Assembly: GCF_009914755.1 (NCBI RefSeq)
Contig: NC_060926.1
DNA: 64,000 bases
Reading direction: 5' to 3' (one strand)
Source of the DNA: the human T2T-CHM13v2.0 reference genome, Homo sapiens
The translations under genes were made by a program, and so were the position numbers. The notes under the pieces were generated by a model that did no database searches, was not told the origin of the DNA, and was given only the letters and a program-made list of their open reading frames with translations. How positions within the stretch are numbered: the first letter of the stretch is position 1; every line of letters begins with the position of its first letter. Positions 1 through 14,520 of the stretch are shown piece after piece.

Positions 1-99
1 TTTGCTCTCCTTTGAATATTGTTTTAATTTCAATAAGAGGTTCTGTTCTAAGATATTTATTTTATAGCCCATTTACTCTTTCTTTTAGGGCTGGGAAAT

Positions 100-300
100 G
101 GAGATTGGAGTCTGGGGACATGTGTTTGAATCTGGATTGGTCTCTTACTAAGCTTTGAAACTGTGAGGAGGTACTGGACGCTGGTGTACTCTCCTGTAAA
201 ATGGGGATATCACGTCTCCCTGGGAGAGCTGCTGTGAATATTTAATGAGATCATCATGGATATCAAGCCCTGGATCAGAGTCTGGTGCTTAATGTGCCTC
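100..300 (+). mobile_element. MIR SINE remnant
   Basis: MIR core-like CTGTAAAATGGGGATA...GCTGTGAATATTTAATGAGAT; highly diverged. Confidence 0.6.
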
Positions 301-351
301 AGCTTGTGTTCATCTCCACCCCATCCATCCTTTTAAGTTATAAGTCCTTTT

Positions 352-440
352 GGCCTGGGAGGCTGAGGTTGCAGTGAGCTGTGATCATGCCACTGCACTT
401 CAGCCTGGGTGAAAGAGCAAGACCCTGTCTCAGAAAAAAA
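352..440 (+). mobile_element. Alu right-arm fragment (AluJ/FRAM-like)
   Basis: GGGAGGCTGAGGTTGCAGTGAGCTGTGATCATGCCACTGCACTTCAGCCTGGG...GACCCTGTCTC followed by an A tail. Confidence 0.85.
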
Positions 441-971
441 TTTGTAAATGGGTTTCTTCCTCATCAAGAATTACTAGATATAGAAAGAGACAAGAAGGCT
501 TGATCTATGTGGAGCGTGAGACCCACGGAAGTAGACGAAAGCATCTGGGAGTCTCCAGGGGATGTACATTCTTGTCCCCTAGAAGTAGTGGTAAAGTTAA
601 TTACCACATAAAAGAATGGGACAGTGAGTAGGGCCAGTCCTATGTGGGAGAGAATGCCTTCTACAGATGGAAGGATAAAAGTGGGCTTGCTCTAAATCTC
701 TTGAGGCAGGCATGTCAGCAGTCATAGGGACTCTGGTTATAGCTTTCTTGTAGCTTCTCTACAACCTCACTGCCCCCTTTAGACTTCCTATGTGCAGTCT
801 CCTCTGATTCCTGGAAACACTTCCTCTCAGTTTGTTATCAAGTGATAAAGGGCCTGAAGAACTCATTGACACTGGAGTTGATGACTGAGAACATACCATG
901 TAATCCCTTCCAAAGGTGGATGGCATTTAACAAGGGACCATATCTTATTCCAGAAAAATTGCATTCTTTGT

Positions 972-1085
972 GGATCCTCCCACCTCAGCCCCCCGAGTAG
1001 CTGGTACCACAGGCATGTGCCACCATGCCCCACTATTTTTTGTATTTTTTGTAGAGATGGGGTTTTGCCATGTTGCGTAGGCTGG
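972..1085 (-). mobile_element. Alu internal fragment (AluJ-like)
   Basis: GATCCTCCCACCTCAGCC...TTTTTGTATTTTTTGTAGAGATGGGGTTTTGCCATGTTG spans the antisense Alu linker. Confidence 0.85.
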
Positions 1086-1124
1086 AGAAATGGCTTTCTA
1101 ATGGTGCAATTTCTGAGTGAAGGC

Positions 1125-1375
1125 TGAGCATATAGTTTAGAACTTGGACTTTATAATTAGAGTCCTGGATCCATCACTTAACAGCTACAAAATCTTAGGC
1201 AAGTTATTGTACTTCTCCTCTCTAAGAATCAGTTTTCTTATCTATAAAATAGTAGATATAGTAACACCCACCTTATAGGATTATCATGAAGAGTCAGGGA
1301 AATGATCTCCATGAAACTTCTAGCCCACTGCTGGTGTTTATAAATGCTGCTCTCAATAAATGTTAGTTGTTATTG
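1125..1375 (+). mobile_element. MIR SINE
   Basis: CTTAGGCAAGTTA...CAGTTTTCTTATCTATAAAAT...CTCAATAAATGTTAGTTGTTATT 3' end. Confidence 0.75.
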
Positions 1376-2604
1376 CCATGATTGTTTTTATTACTTATGT
1401 GAAATCCCATCTCATTGGCCTTGATCAGTTCTATTCATATGTAAAGTCAGCCCAGTATCCAGGAAAGGTAGAAGATTCATTTCCTCTGAATTAGTCGTAG
1501 GAAGTGGCATATTCAGGTCATTTGGATCCCTGCCTGCCCTGGGCTGAATTCACAGCTCTTACAATAGAACCAAAGCGTTGTCTTTTCCAGACACAGTGGA
1601 GAAGCTCCCTGTTTCACTGCTGCAGAGTTAAATTCTAAGATGAAATATTTTACCTGTTTAGCATATTGTTAAATTAGGCTGGCTCCCTATCTTTTGAAAT
1701 ACACATTTTGGGATTGATGGATTTAGAGTTTTTTGGTTTTTAAGTTTTGTTCGTCCTAGGTTTAAGTCCTTAAGTCTTTTCATCTCCTCTTCCATGGATA
1801 AACATTGCTAAAATATAAACAGTCAGTGACCTGTTTGAATAAAATGAAAGTCAAAAAAGGCTATAATGAAGCTTAGGGTTTGTTGGTTCTTGGTTTCCGG
1901 TTTTGTTTTTTCAAGCTATTGCCAGTTGGATGTTGAGGATACTCAGTTCGCCCTTTGTGAATGAACAGACGCTTGACATGGCCTTGCATTTGGCCAGGCC
2001 ATGATCTCTTCCATTAAAAAAAAAAGGGTGTAAGTAATTCCTCCTTTGGAGGAACAGTTTTCTGGGACAGCTGTTTTCCAGCTTATGGGGAGAAAGAATT
2101 TCTAGCTGCTAGTTAGCTTCAGCTGAGAGGGTTGTAGACTTCCTGCTCTTCCCCAGTTGGTGCTAATGCATTCCTGATTGTCTGCGGTCACCAAACTGCT
2201 CTCTTCATTAAGAGAATAGACATAGGGATCAATTTTCAGAATCATAGACATTTAAACGTGCACAGAATTTGGCTATTTTAGACATAAGTACCTAAACTAA
2301 CATGAAAAATCCTGGATGCCAAACATCTGGGTAGACCTCAGAGGTAGCAGATATTATGTTTCAAGGTACAAAGTGACTTTCCCTTCTAAAAGGGCTGCCT
2401 TAAAGAATAAACAAGGCTTTCACTGAGAAAGAATTCTAGCTTTAAGTTTACATTCAGAATAACTCTGGCAAATCATTTTGACAATTCCAGTTTCTTCATC
2501 TCTAGCGTGAGTACATTTGTTTGAGCCAGACTCACAGGCCAGATGTGAAAACCGTATGACGTACATGATTTCATCTTATTATGCTTTTATTTTTGGAGAT
2601 TAAA

Positions 2605-3628
2605 AAAAACTTGGGCATTTATCCCAGAGAAATAAAACTTACATCCACAGAAAACATGTACACAGATGTTCATAGCAGCTTATTAGTAATAGCCAAACAC
2701 TAGAAGCAACTCAGATATTCTTTAGTGAGTGAGTGAATACACTGTGGTATATCCATACCATGAAATACTACTCAGCAATAAAGAGAAATTGATCCATGCA
2801 ACTTGGATGGATCTCAAGTGAATTGTGCTGAGTTTAAAAAGCTAACCCCAGAAGTTTACATACTGCATGATTCTTCTATTTTTTTAACAGTCTTGAAGTG
2901 ACCAAATTTTAGAGATGGAGAACAACAGATCAGTGGTTGCCAGAGAATAGGGATAGGGGAGGCAGGCAGGAGTTATGGTTATAAAAGAGCAGCAGCAGGC
3001 CAGGCACGGGGGCTCACGCCTGTAATCCCAGCACTCTGGGAGGCCAAGGCAGGTGGAACAAGAGGTCGGGAGATCGAGACCATCCTGGCTAACATGGTGA
3101 AACCTCGTCTCTACTAAAAATACAAAAAATTAGTATTTTTTGGGTGTGGTGGCGAGCACCTGTAGTCCCAGCTTCTCGAGAGGCTGAGGCAGGAGAATGG
3201 CATGAACCCACGAGGCGGGGCTTGCAGTAAGCCGAGATCGTGCCACTGCACTCTAGCCTGGGTGACGGAGTGAGACTCTGCCTCAAAAAAAAAAAAAAAA
3301 AAAAAGAGCAGCAGCACAGGGAATCCTTAAGGGCACGGATCTTTTCTGTAACTTGAGGTAGTGGTGACTCTGTGAACCTATATGTGCAATACAAAATTGC
3401 ACAGAATTCAATACATACACAGATCAGTGCATGTAAAACTCATGACATGAATAAGATCGGTGGATTGTATCAATGCCAATTGCCTGCTTGTGACATTGCA
3501 CTATAGTTACGCAAGGTATTATATTGTGGGAAACTGGATAAGGACTACACAAGATCTCTCTGTATTATTTATTACAATTGCATGTGAATTTATAATTATC
3601 TCAAATTGAGAACATTAATTAAAAAAAT
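2605..3628 (+). mobile_element. Old L1M (L1MC/MD-like) 3' end, interrupted by AluY
   Basis: TTGGGCATTTATCCCAGAGAAATAAAA...TGTGGTATATCCATACCATGAAATACTACTCAGCAATAAA and an L1M 3'UTR ending in an A-rich tail. Confidence 0.8.
2998..3301 (+). mobile_element. AluY, full length
   Basis: AluY diagnostics (GAGATCGAGACCATCCTGGCTAAC, AGAATGGCATGAACCC, GCTTGCAGT); poly-A; 15-bp TSD AAAAGAGCAGCAGCA at 2983-2997 and 3302-3316. Confidence 0.95.
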
Positions 3629-6175
3629 ACAGATAGTAAAACAAAAATTCTTCCATGACTAGGCCATGGCTAAATTAGTATCTTCTATGATAAGATACTA
3701 ATATCACCTTTCAGGCCAGTTGAACTTCTTGGTACTCTTTTTGTATGTTTCTGTATTTTATCCATTATTGTACCATTGCATTTGTTTGGAGCACAGTGAC
3801 TTTTCAAAAATGAATTCACACTGCCATATTAGCCCAACAGACCTAGCTTTAAAGCTATATGTATATAGTATATAACTGCAGTATGATAGTTCTGCAAATG
3901 ATAGAACTTTAAAAAATAATTCCAAGGCTGTATTCAGATTCAGTGCGGGGCATCTCTTCTATACAGACAGTCCTCTTATGGGGTTAACATTTTCAAATGT
4001 TTGAACTTGTTCACAGTATTTAGTAGCTTTTATACAACAGTTTAAATTATTCATGTAATTCATGTTCTCTATGGAAAAGTTAGAAATTCAAACAAGCAAA
4101 AGAAAAAGATAAAAATCAAGGATTCCAACTAATTTCTAATGGGAATTTGGAAAGTAAATTTGTCTCCTGAATCTCAAAACCATCTGCTGCTAATTAGGAC
4201 TTTTAGCAGAAAGTTTATGAAGCCAGAATATGGATTTTATTAAGCAGGACTCAATTTATAATCAGCAATAAATTTGCTTCTTCTCCCTTTCTTTCTACTC
4301 TCCACCTTTCAAAAGAAGTGACTAATAGGCAGAATTTCACACATCCAAAATGAAAATTTGTGTAGACTCCAAGATAACAATGTCACAATAGAACCAAACT
4401 TCATAGCTTGGGGAAATTTGAAATAAATCAGATAAGTCAACTGAGATCTTTAAGAAGGTAATGCACCAATGTTCTAGGCCTCAGTTTTCTTGATGGTAAA
4501 GGGCAGCTGTTGGACTTAAGGAACATAATCATATTATGATACTTCTATGAGGGAGTTGCAAGTCAATATCTATAAAAAGAGGTTGAAGACTATTAAAGAC
4601 TCAAATGAGGTAATCATTCCTTAATAAGTTTCTCTAAGACTGTAACATTAGGCCACTAGAAAAGAATCTGAAAAGCAACTGTCAGGTTTCCAAAATAGTG
4701 GCTAGTATTTGTGTTAGGAGCAGTCAAGCATGTGTCCAAACCCCACTGTTTTTACATGAGTGTGCAGAGATGAAAATGGCCCACAATCTTGGCTGAAGAA
4801 CAAGTCATCATCCTATGATAATACAGTTGGGGTTAATGCTAATGCTGGATATATTTGGAAACTTACACATGTGCTTTAGACAAGGCTCATCTGTGGTCAA
4901 ATGCTGGTCTCCAAGAAAAGCAGGTTGATGACTGGGCTCCTCCTACTCTGAATGCCTACCTGGGATGCTTCCACGTGGTTCTGTAGGCATGTCCATCTAA
5001 GTTATTATTACTGGCAAATGCTAACTTTTAAATATTCACTTATGTTTTAGGTCCAAGTCTCTTTAATTTCTAATCCTGGTGGAGTGGACAGACATGGAAA
5101 ATTTACAGACTCTGTTTACCCCCATTAACTTAAGGTCCAGATAGGCAGGACTGAAGGCTAGCTCCAGGCCCTTTTTCTCCTGGGCCCCACCCCATTGTCT
5201 ATTAGACCTTCAAGAGAAGAACTTCTCAAGCAGGAGCCCCTTACTTAACCCCAAATACCCTCCAGCTGCCTAGGAAGAAAGAAAGATGGAGAGAACCAAA
5301 AAGAAGGAGTTTAATTCCATATTGCTGCTCCTGAAATTTCTATTCCTTTAGAACAGAAGACCCCTTAGGTCTTCTTGAAAACTCGATTTTGTCCTTGAGC
5401 CAAGGACAGTGGGTATGGAAGAAAGGGAGGTGATGAACATGCTCTAGAGTACATGGAGAGGGGGACCCTACTCCTCATATCCCCTTGGTCATACCTCAAC
5501 ATTCTGAAGTAGGATATTGGTGAGAAGCAGATGTTCATTGGGTCACTACTGGATGGGTCTAATGTGCCAATGGCTTGTGCTAAATGCCTCGCTTGTTTTT
5601 CTTCTCTTGGACTTGCTTGACTTCAGATGGAACGGCTCTATACAGCCTGATATTTTATAGTTGCCTTAGATTTTCAGCTGCTGAGAAGGTCTATGTTTTT
5701 CCAGCTTTTTAATCTCAGTGGTGGGTAAGTTCAACCTGGAGTAAAAGGTAGAGTATCTCTGCACGCTACCCAAATCAACTTTGCCAGTACTGCACTTTGT
5801 TCCTAACTTGACTCCTTGAGTCTATTTATAAATTGGTTGGAACTGATAAATAAGGAGGAATGAGTAATTAGTCTCTCCCAACTTCCAACAGTAAAGCAAA
5901 ACAGTAGTGTCATTGAACTCCAAATGTGATCAACAACTCTTAAAAGAGAAAGAGAAGGGGTCAGTCCAATTACTGAGTGAAAAGAAATCTGACTGAAAAG
6001 AAAGGAGTAGTACAGTAGCAAAATTTCAAGGGCTACATGTAGATGGAATGCTGGGTCTGGGTCTATCTGGGAAGATGTTGAATGGACCACCCAGAGTCCA
6101 GTTAAATGAGTCTAAGGACATTCCTGAGAGAAAACAAATTCATTTTAGAAGAAAGAGTCAGGCTGTATACTCTAG

Positions 6176-6485
<310 letters not shown>

Positions 6486-7624
6486 TTACTAATTCTTAAA
6501 TATGGATGCAAAGGGCAATTCTGGTTAGTGTTTATCTATTGAATTTATCTTCTCATCCAGGTCTCTACTAGAAATATGTCTGAGCTTGCTATATCGTCTG
6601 TGGGATTTTACTTTGAAACAGTTCAGAATGAACAATGTGATATATGTGTATTTAAGTTAATTTTAACCTGTATTTACAGTGTAGCGTATTAGTCAATTAA
6701 CATTTGAAATTCCCTAATCTTCAATCCATACTCCAGAAATGGCTGAGAAAATATTTCAAATATCCTCATCAAAATCTAGCCAAGCACACATCTTGAATAC
6801 CACTAATATCACTACTGAAAAATTATTTCTAATATCTTGTATGTGGATTAAGAAGGTCACATTGATCAGTTCCTTTAAGAGTGTCTCACACTAAAAAGGG
6901 GAGAGAGACATTTTCTCCCATTTCCCAACAGCAGTCTGGCAGTCAGGGTCCCCTTGAATCAACACTGGAAGCCTGAGATTTGCTAGGTTAGGGGCAAGGA
7001 GTGGGGACAGCAAAGCCTGTTGGGCTGGTGGTATGGCCAAAGCAGTTGTGGTGTTCAGCTCAGGCACCCAGCAGAGGGGACAGAGACAAGAGTGTCCTGG
7101 GGAAACCTCAGCAGGCCCAATAGGTTCAGGAGAGTTTGGTGAACATGGCAGCACCCAGGGGAGGGAAGATGGGGCAGATAGAGAGAATTAAAATATCAGA
7201 ATCACTAATGAGTCCTCTCTAAGAACTCTCAGAAATACATGGTGGAGATTTTGCTGGAATCTGAGGGTCAGAACTTGTCAACATGGATTACATATGTATA
7301 ATCGCATCAGAGTGGGAAATTAGACATGAAAACACTGAATTAACATAGAAATCTGAACAGGATCTCTCAAAGAATGTTTCCAATTTCACACCTGACCCAG
7401 CCAAAAACACTGCGTTGACTCCTTAGAAAGACTAGAAGGCGCCTGATAGAGTCAGGCTGTCATCGATGCATCTAGTTTCCCAGAGGCACACAGCTAACAC
7501 AAGTGAAGAGGCCTGTGGCTGTGGCACCAGGAGTCTTGTGAATGATTCCAGACCTGGCCTGAAGTACCTGCCTACGTTCAAACACAGATTTTCATTTGGG
7601 AGTCAGAGTGACATGAAAAAAGTA

Positions 7625-7900
7625 AATATTTGAATCACCTAAAGAATCTTTTCAAATCACAAATTCCTCAGGGCTCGCTCTGGATTTACTGAATTAGAAT
7701 TTCTTTTCTTTTTAATTTAAAATTTTAAAATTTTTATTTTTTATAGACTTGGGAGTCTTGCTATGTTGCCCAGGCAGGTCTCAAGCTCCTGGCCACTAGT
7801 GATCCTCCCAACTAGGCCTCCCAAAGTGCCAAGATTAGAGATATGAGCCACCATGCCACACCTTAGAATTTCTGGTAATGAAATTGAGAAAGAGTGTGAG
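7625..7900. mobile_element. MER5-like hAT-Charlie fragment, interrupted by an Alu monomer
   Basis: GAATCACCT...AAATTCCTCAGGGCTC...ACTGAATTAGAATTTCTGG resembles the MER5A/B core. Confidence 0.4.
7705..7862 (-). mobile_element. Free left Alu monomer (FLAM-like)
   Basis: Single arm with T-rich tail; 11-bp TSD TTAGAATTTCT at 7694-7704 and 7863-7873. Confidence 0.85.
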
Positions 7901-8239
7901 ACCTCAGATCATTTTAACAGGCCCAACCTACCTCCTTTCCTTACCCTGGTGGAGAACTAGCTTTATTAAAAATATGCCGTTATCCAAGGAGAAGTGGTTT
8001 CAAGAGGAGAGGAAGGGAGAGAATGAATTCACAAGGAAAAAGTCAAATCATGTCAACAAAGGGAGAAAGTTTATTGTATTTTTTAAATGCAATCTCCAAA
8101 AAGTATCTTCCTACACAAATATATACACCAGAAATAGTTTTCTGTCTCTCTCTCTCTCTTTTTTTTTGTGTGTGTGTGCAATATATTAGTTGAGTTTATA
8201 GTGACTGTTCACTGGTCTGTATTTTCTCAGTCCTGAAGT

Positions 8240-8355
8240 CAAAGTAGGTACTATTATCTCAAATGTACAGACAAGGAAACCAACAGACACAGGAGGAAAA
8301 GTAGGTGTTAATGTTTACCCAGCCAGTAAGTGGTAGAACTGGGAATTGAACACAC
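8240..8355 (-). mobile_element. MIR fragment
   Basis: GTAGGTACTATTATCTC...ACAGACAAGGAAAC...CAGCCAGTAAGTGGTAGAACTGGGAATTGAAC. Confidence 0.65.
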
Positions 8356-8794
8356 ACTACTCCCTAATTTTTAAGACTTTATAGCATAAATACAAAAATA
8401 CAGTGAATAACCTGGAAATATATTAAAAATAATAATTATTGAAATTAAGACAACATCCAGAGAATATTCAGAAAAGTTTCTCTGGAATTAGGAGGTAAAT
8501 GCAGGGTCAGGAAATTTTAGGGGAGAGATGGGGAATATTTGTTCAATGTTAATGGGGAGTGGGGTAGGGAGGAAGAGATTGGAGAGCCAGGGATTTTAGA
8601 GGAGGTGGCAGGAAAGAAGGTCAAGGAACACAGGTGGCCTTGAAGAGAGCAAGAGGAGGGGCACTCCATCTGGAAGAACACAGGCATGCAAAGGTGTGGA
8701 TGTAGATAAGCTTGAAGTTGGGGGGAGACCCAGACAGCATGAGGTCATGTCTAACGGTTGCCATTTTCTCAACAGAGTAGACTATAAGGCCTGA

Positions 8795-9149
<355 letters not shown>

Positions 9150-10426
9150 AATTTGTTTGAGCTTCTGTAATGTTGAGTGGTAGATCTGAGCATCACATTC
9201 AGGTCTGTCTCCATCCAAACTCCCTGTTCTTTCTCCGACTCCAGTGTCAGCATTCGCTGCTGTTTCTATGTGCAGTATTGTCGAATCAAATTCTGATATT
9301 ATGCCTTTCTAGTTAAGTACCCTCCTTGAAAAGTAATTTTTGTCACAACTAATTTGATGGATACGAGAGACACGACAGTTTTTTACATTAAACTAAATTG
9401 TTTCCACTTCTCCATAGTCATTTCTTTGCCTCCAAACTGCACTCCCCCGAGTCCCTGGTTGGTTAGGATCTTTGATCTTTGTTGCCCCATATGAACTTTA
9501 ATTTGGGAGGAATCTCTCACTTTCTTGGTAACTATGTACAATTGCCATCAATTTCTGGTCTAACCCTCCTCCTAGTCAATTATCTTTCTGAAGAGAAATC
9601 TCATTTTTTCCTTCTGGGATTTTTGGCTGCTGTTTGATTCTGAGAGAGCACACTAGGGAAAACAAATTTTCCATTCCTACCAACTTAAGCCTTCTCTAAA
9701 CAAAGCAGAGAGCCCTTCTCTGAGCGAGCATGTATTCATATTCCCAGAGGATCCACTGTATTTCTGAATTTTGAGTCCCTGTTGCCCATCCGGAGTCTCT
9801 CTCCACATGCCATCTGTATGACAATAACAGTGCTCTCCCTGCCACAATCTCATAATAGAAACCCCATTCAAAACACCCTAAAGAAAGAGCCCACAGATGT
9901 TCCGGAAAAATACACAATAATCCTTGGCTGATTAATTTAATATCCTTTGGAGACACTCTATAGATCACTAGGCTGCTGTTTTATTCTGGAAGCCATAACT
10001 TCCACCATTCTAGCCCCTGTAATGTTGCATTTTGATTCATCTCAGGGCAAGGCAGATGATACCCTAAACATATGAACGAAAGAGCTGAACCATATATTAT
10101 TGCCTTCCTAATAAGAGTATCAGTGCCTAGGAAAGAAGCCTTCAGTAGCAGAGCTGAAATGACACATGAAAGGACAAATGATGTGGGGAATTTGAAACCT
10201 ATTTTACATCTTGCCAAATGACTTTGTATATTTGTGATTTTTTAAAAGATTATGACTTTTTAATTTCTATGTTAGGTGTTTACTGTGTTTGCCTAGAAAA
10301 TAAACCTTCCCACTTTAGCTCCCAATAAAATCAAATAGCAAACAGAAGTATCTATCTAAAATCTGACAAACTACTGGATTGTGTATTTGTTTTGATACTT
10401 CATCTAGTAAGTACATCTGTCTATAG

Positions 10427-10649
10427 CAGGAGTTGACCAACTTTTTCAGTAAAGAACCAAAGAATAAATATTTTAAGCTTTGCAGACCTAAAGAAAATGG
10501 TTTCTGTTGTAACTAGCCAATTCTGCTATTATAACATGAAAAGATAATAAATATGTAAACAAATGTGTATGGTTGTGTTTCAATAAAACTTTATTTACAA
10601 AAACAGTCAACCAAATTTAACCTGTGGGCTGTAGTTTGCTGAGCCCCTG
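10427..10649 (+). mobile_element. MER58A hAT-Charlie MITE
   Basis: TIRs CAGGAGTTGACCAACT / AGTTTGCTGAGCCCCTG; internal TGTTTCAATAAAACTTTATTTACAAAAACAG. Confidence 0.85.
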
Positions 10650-10739
10650 GTGTGTACCATTTAGAGTATAAGCTACATAAGGACAAATGAATCCTCTAAC
10701 AAGCAGTTTGCCAATGACTGGTGGGAAAAATAGCTACTG

Positions 10740-10890
10740 CTATTAAGAACTTACTATGTGCTAGGTATTGTGGTAAGAATATACAATACTGTCTAATGAG
10801 GTAGCGACTGGATACCCGTTTTGTGGATTGAAAAACAAGGCTCAGAAAGCTTTAGGAACATATCCAGGATCACACGGCTAAGTAGTGAAA
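10740..10890 (-). mobile_element. MIR fragment
   Basis: ACTTACTATGTGCTAGG...AGGCTCAGAAAG...CCAGGATCACACGGCTAAGTAGTG. Confidence 0.6.
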
Positions 10891-11099
10891 TCCTGTGACC
10901 TGCCTTTCTGTCCGTGAGGGTGTGGCATGATGGCTACCTGATAGGACTCTAAGGCACTAAGCTGTATTTGTGTCGCACCACTTGTGAAATAACTGGGCTC
11001 AGGACCCCAGCCATTGTGCCCTCAATTTCATATAAAAGCTGAGATGCTGAGCAGTCTTGGGGCAGGAGTTGTAGTTGGTGGCCTCTATGCTTTCCCGGA

Positions 11100-11320
11100 G
11101 CTGTGCAGCGAGGTGGCTTGGATGGGTGTGCTTGGGAGCCTCAGTGTCCAGGTTCAGAGCTCAGTCCTGCTTTTTACCAGTGTGTCCGGGCAGGTTGGTT
11201 AACATCTCTGGATTTCAGTTTCCTAATTTGCTAAATGGGGATAGTGACCTTACTACCAAGTAGGATTGTTGTATAGATTCAAGGAGTTGATACACATGAA
11301 ATGATTAGAACAGTGCAAGA
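11100..11320 (+). mobile_element. MIR including tRNA-derived head
   Basis: GGTTCAGAGCTCAGTCCTGC head, then TTAACATCTCTGGATTTCAGTTTCCTAATTTGCTAAATGGGGATAGT core and TTAGAACAGTGC. Confidence 0.75.
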
Positions 11321-12000
11321 TCAATGTCATTATTTTAACCCCAAAGATAGGTCATGACAGAAAGAGGTTGCTATACCTGCAGCTGAAAGACAACACCTGA
11401 GATGAGAGCAAGCAGGGAAAGGAGGAAAGGAAGGAAGGGAAGAAAAAGAAAAAAACAATGAGAAAGAAGAAGGAAGATACAGAGTAGGAGAAAAATCCAT
11501 GTGTGACATGAGTGTGGTGAGAGCAGGTGCATTTGAAACGACATTTTGTGCATGTGATAATAATATATGTAAAATGATGAAAGAATGAATCCGTCTAGGA
11601 CCCAATTACCCCTGGGCATATTTGGTATATTTCTTTCCATGATTTTATAGCTATCTCTTTCCCTTTCTGTGTGCTCTAGAGATCCTTCATATGTTTTCCA
11701 GCCTTTCCTTTAATGTTACAACAATAATGACACGTACTCCACTCATGGTGAATGAAGGAGGGCCAGTCCCTTATCTATTTCTGAGAGTCCTTGGGGTAAG
11801 GCTGCACATCGCACCAGCCCATCTTGGCTCCTGTCCTCCCGCCTTGCTCTGGACTGCCCTGTCTTCTGACTCAGCACCTCTTGAGGGTCTTCTCCAGGGT
11901 CCTGCTGCTTCCTTACACCTGCTCTGCTGAAGAGTGTGGGGACTTGCCCTCCTATTATTCCCCATAGCTCAGCTAGCACAGGCAGTCCTGTTTAACAAAC

Positions 12001-12298
12001 TTATTTTATTTTACTTTAGAGACAGGTTCTCACTCTGTCACCCAGGCTGGAGTGCAGTGGAAGATCATAACTCATTGCAACCTCAAACTCCTGGGCTCAA
12101 GTGATCCTCCCACCTCAGCTTCCCAAGTAGCTGAGAACACAGGTGCAAGCCACCATGCCCGGCTAATTTTTTAATTTTTTTGGAGACAGGGTCTCACTAT
12201 GTTGCCTAGGCTGATCTCAAACTTCTGGGCTCAAGCAATTCTCCCACCTCAGCCTTCCAAAGTGCTGGGATTACAGGTGTGAGCTACTGTGCCTGGCC
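12001..12298 (-). mobile_element. AluJ (Jo/Jr-like)
   Basis: Complete antisense dimer with CTCCTGGGCTCAAG in both arms; TSD CTGTTTAACA at 11988-11997 and 12299-12308. Confidence 0.93.
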
Positions 12299-12504
12299 CT
12301 GTTTAACAGGCCTTAAATGTCTTGAGGGTCATACGAGGGAATTTCAGTGTGGGAAAGGGAACTACAACTGGGTATCTGACATTGCTGTGTCTGGTGTTCA
12401 TCAGCCACACATATCTTACTGGACATCTCTTTTCTGAAATCTCGACTGGTTGCTACTACCAAGGAAATAGTATCAGTAGACAGCATGATGATGACAACCG
12501 AGTC

Positions 12505-12625
12505 AGACTATAAGCTCTGTGAAGGCAGGAATTGTGTCTATGTTGCTTGTTACAGTCTCCCTTCTCCTGGCCCAGTGCTTTGACCCATAATGAGGGCTCC
12601 ATAAATACTGTGATGTGAATGCATG
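12505..12625 (+). mobile_element. L2 3' end
   Basis: AGACTATAAGCTCTGTGAAGGCAGGAATTGTGTC...CCATAAATACTG...TGAATG. Confidence 0.7.
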
Positions 12626-12739
12626 GAGGAGCTTGCAGAGGTTGACACTGCCAATACAGGTTGACTTTAGTAATATTCAATAGAATACTTTTGACAATTG
12701 GCTTTGGATTATTCTGCTACTTCAGAGCTTCCCCAAGGG

Positions 12740-12931
12740 CAGCTGCCTAGGCATTTTCTCCTCCTCCAAGCTCCTAAGACACACAAGTTTCCACTTTTTC
12801 CCTGGAATACAGAAACTGCTGCTGGTGTGTGTGTGTGTGCGCGCACGCCAGCTGTCTAGGCATTTTCTCTCCCCCAAACCCCTAAGACACACAAGTTTCC
12901 ACTTTTTCCCTGGAATACAGAAACTGCTGCT

Positions 12932-12947
<16 letters not shown>
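12740..12947 (+). repeat. Tandem duplication, about 108-bp unit x2
   Basis: Copies start at 12740 and 12849; 12773-12824 is identical to 12881-12932. Confidence 0.95.
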
Positions 12948-12989
<42 letters not shown>

Positions 12990-12998
12990 TGTGTGTGT
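12933..12998. repeat. (GT)28 CT (GT)4 microsatellite replacing an Alu poly-A tail
   Basis: Read directly; abuts TTGAGAC of an antisense Alu. Confidence 0.95.
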
Positions 12999-13405
<407 letters not shown>

Positions 13406-13769
13406 TGAAAATATTTGTCAACATAATTTTTAATGGCTGCATAATGTGCCATAGAATATGGTAGATGTATATAGTTTAAAAATCATTCTCTCGTTGCATA
13501 TTTTGGTGTTATAAACAATGTTACAATTAACATTCTGTCTATGGTTTATACTATTTCCTTCAGAGAGATTTCTAGGAATAAAGTGACTGGATCAAAACAT
13601 CTGAGTAAATACTTGTAACCTTTTTACCTTTCGTTTTAAAATTGCTGTTCAGAAAGATTGTCCAAATTTAGACTCTCAACATAAGGTATAAATATACTTA
13701 TTTTATCAAATTATCCCCAGTATTATCATTATTTAAAAATCACTATTAATCTGATAGTTGAAAAATAGA

Positions 13770-14520
<751 letters not shown>

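Noticed and set aside
1916-2054. Possible + strand exon (TTTTTTCAAG...GGT|GTAAGT) with two small hairpins
   Set aside because: AAG acceptor, weak exonic donor bases and short stems; consistent with chance.
9330-10220. Unique-looking stretch, possibly an ancient CR1 or LTR remnant
   Set aside because: I found no motif that I could assign to a family.
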